Both the position numbers and the translations under genes were made by a program. A stretch of DNA of 64,000 bases from Heptranchias perlo (Eukaryota), in contig NC_090358.1 in the NCBI RefSeq assembly GCF_035084215.1, forward strand, positions 9,920,001 through 9,984,000, given 5' to 3'. A model generated the notes under the pieces. That model was not told the DNA's origin. It saw only the letters and a program-made list of their open reading frames with translations, and did no database searches. Positions 61,787-64,000 of this stretch are shown piece by piece (positions within the stretch are counted from its first letter, which is position 1; every line of letters starts with the position of its first letter).

Positions 61787-62337
61787 TCCCTGATCGGACG
61801 CCCGTGGCTCTAACCCAGCTCCTAGGCCCTGGCTTCCTCAAGTTGGGCCCTCACGCTACCAGGCCCAATGAACTCAAAGTAACCCCACAGCTGCCACCAA
61901 TACAGGGAGGAGGGGGGGGGTTTGGTACTTGGCTATACAAGTACACGTATTTCTTTAGGTTGAACACTCCTATAGGAAAAAAAGCCGGATTATGTTTAAC
62001 ATATGATTCTATATTTTATAAATATTCAGCTTTACTGGTTAGGGTTAGGATCATCTTGAAACATTTTCTATGAGGCGACACCCTTCCTCCCCACGGCACT
62101 TAGTACCGTCCTGCGCTGGCTGTTCCACTTATTTATTAGGGGAAGTTAAAACAATTTCCAATTGAATACGGCACGATTTTCAGCTATCCCCGTGTGGTGA
62201 TTGCCGGCAGCCCTCGATATCGTAGACTTGCTCCAGGTTACAGTGTCACAGTGTGAGATAATGAGGTTATGCCGGGTTTAATCGTGCGTGATTATAGTTA
62301 TCTCCCCTCCATGTGCGCGTGGTAGCGCTGGTGTAAG
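61787..62337. promoter_or_regulatory. Bidirectional promoter MRPS11 / MRPL46
   Basis: Divergent start codons with 551 bp between them, CpG-rich flanks, and the same head-to-head arrangement as in mammals. YY1-type AAGATGGCGGC at 62335-62345. Confidence 0.85.
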
Positions 62338-62574
62338 ATGGCGGCCGCGCTGCGTCGGCTCCCCGTGTTTGGGCTTCTCGCCGGACCCGAGCTCGGATTC
62401 AGGCTCAGGGGAGCGGTGCGAGGTTCGGCGCTCCATTCCTTGAGGGCGACGGGTGGCCCGGGCCCGGGGGTGTCCGGTTGGGAATGCTGTGGCGCGCTGT
62501 GTCTGCAGCGAGCGGCCGTTGTATCGCGGGAGATGAACCCGATGGAAAGCGCGTTCGCGCGACTGCTGGAACAG
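62338..62574 (+). CDS. MRPL46: Mitochondrial ribosomal protein L46 (mL46), coding exon 1 (gene continues beyond window)
   Basis: MAAALRRLPVFGLL...WECCGALCLQRAAVVSREMNPMESAFARLLEQ|gtaggc resembles human MRPL46 (W..LGALCLQRPPVVS...LLQQ). 237 nt, phase 0; synteny with MRPS11 and DET1. Confidence 0.92.
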
Positions 62575-62672
62575 GTAGGCGCGGGCACGCGCGTAGGAAC
62601 AGTACGAGGGCGCGCCTGGAGATTACAGGGTGCGCGCCTGAGAGGCGGGAGCACTTGGGGGGGCCCCTCCTT

Positions 62673-63010
62673 GAACATAGGAACAGGAGTAGGCCATTCA
62701 GCCCCTCGAGCCTGTTCCATCATTCAATTAGATCATGGCTGATCTGTACCTTAACCCTATTTACCCGCCTTTGCTCCATGTTCCTGGATACCTTTACCCA
62801 ACACAAATCTGTCAATCTCACCCTTGAATATTTCAGTTGACCCAGCATCCACAGCCTTATGGGGAGTGAGTTTCACATATTTCCATTACCCGTTGTGTGA
62901 TAAAGTGCCTTGGGACGTTTTACGATGTTAAAGGCACGATATAAATGCAAGTTGTCTGATTTCACTCCGTAATGGCTTTGTTCTAATTTTAAGATCGCGC
63001 CCCCTTGTTT
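62673..63010 (-). mobile_element. CR1 3' end in MRPL46 intron 1 (with a short SINE/L2 tail inserted at ~62903-62955)
   Basis: gaacataggaacaggagtaggccattcagcccctcgagcctgttcc tail and 3' UTR. Confidence 0.8.
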
Positions 63011-63224
63011 TTGTTATCCCTAATTGTGAATTTTGTATTCTTTTAAGATGAGAGACATTGGTGTAGAGCAATGCAACATTTGCCTGGTGTGGCACTATAC
63101 CATGCTGTCCATCAGGCTTACTTGGAGTCAGTTAGTTCAAGTGTTAGAGGGTAAAGCTCGCTCTACACTGCTCTGTCAAGCATTTCAGGTCACATCCTCA
63201 GAATACAACACATCTGTACAGAAA

Positions 63225-63575
63225 AGAAAGAACTTCCATTTAAATCTTGCCTTTCATCATCTCTGGATATCCCAAAGTGCTTTACAGCCAATGTGGCGCG
63301 GTCACTGTTGTAACGTAGGAAACGCGGCAGCCAATTTGCGCACAGCAAGGTCCCACAAACAGTAACGTGATTGTGACCGGATAATCTGTTTTAGTGATGT
63401 TGGTTGAGGGTTAAATATTGGCCAGGACACCAGGGGAACTCCACTGTGGGATCTTTTACATCTATCTGAGGACAGACTCTGTTTTAACGTCTCATCCGAA
63501 AGATGGCTCCCCCTGACAATACAGCACTCCCTCAGTACTGTAGTGGAGTGTCAGCCCAGATTTTGCACTCAAGTT
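63225..63575 (-). mobile_element. Deu-type SINE
   Basis: Aligns to 7643-8090 (gcagccaatttgcgcacagcaaggtcccacaaacag...tctcatccgaaaga...ggagtgtcagcccagattttg). Confidence 0.75.
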
Positions 63576-64000
63576 GCTAATTATAATTATAAATTACTAA
63601 TGCACTCTGAGGGAAATTCACTTTTAGTGGGCAAAGCTACAGGAAGGTGCGGACCCTGTTGGAAAAGTCATTAACAAGTTAGTATGTTATTGGGAAGGAA
63701 GCAGGAACTTTGATCTCAAAGTCAGAGTATCCCACAGTCACTTCATCATTAATCATTGAACACGTTCAGATATTAGCCCTGCTGGTATTGACAATCCAAA
63801 AGGGGAGAGAGTGTATGAACTTTTTTTTTTAATCAATTATACCAGGGCTTGAAATGAAGGTGCAGAACCACTGAGCAGTATTTCAAAAAGGGACTGTCCA
63901 TTAAACTCATTTGTATACAGAAGTACAAAGCAGTTCACGTTGGGCATAAATCCCTAGCGGATATTGTTTAAGCGTTGCACATAACCATTAATCTACCTAT

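Overview
This is eukaryotic, repeat-rich vertebrate DNA; the CR1/L2/Penelope/Deu-SINE repertoire points to a cartilaginous fish (shark or ray), which is an inference. It holds the conserved vertebrate gene block DET1 - MRPS11 - MRPL46. DET1 (+) has a non-coding first exon and 4 coding exons (552 aa). MRPS11 (-) has 6 coding exons (198 aa). Only the first coding exon of MRPL46 (+) is in the window, head-to-head with MRPS11 across a ~550 bp bidirectional promoter. All exon boundaries were read by eye (GT-AG, consistent phases). The rest is mostly transposon-derived. Main points of interest: (1) a young, 5'-truncated Neptune-type Penelope-like element (uninterrupted RT + GIY-YIG frame, 11-bp TSD) carrying a minimal type I hammerhead ribozyme in its 3' region, nested in a CR1 inside a ~3.6 kb intronic tandem duplication; (2) short TSD-flanked fold-back insertions made only of Penelope 3' ends, one a perfect 106-bp palindrome whose sense arm starts just after the predicted ribozyme cleavage site; (3) a 47-bp CpG-rich VNTR at the DET1 promoter/first exon whose unit carries a ZNF143/Staf-like site in 11 copies; (4) overlapping uORFs at the DET1 start; (5) a solo LTR with a 4-bp TSD. 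No novel protein-coding system is evident; repeat family names come from recalled motifs and need database confirmation.
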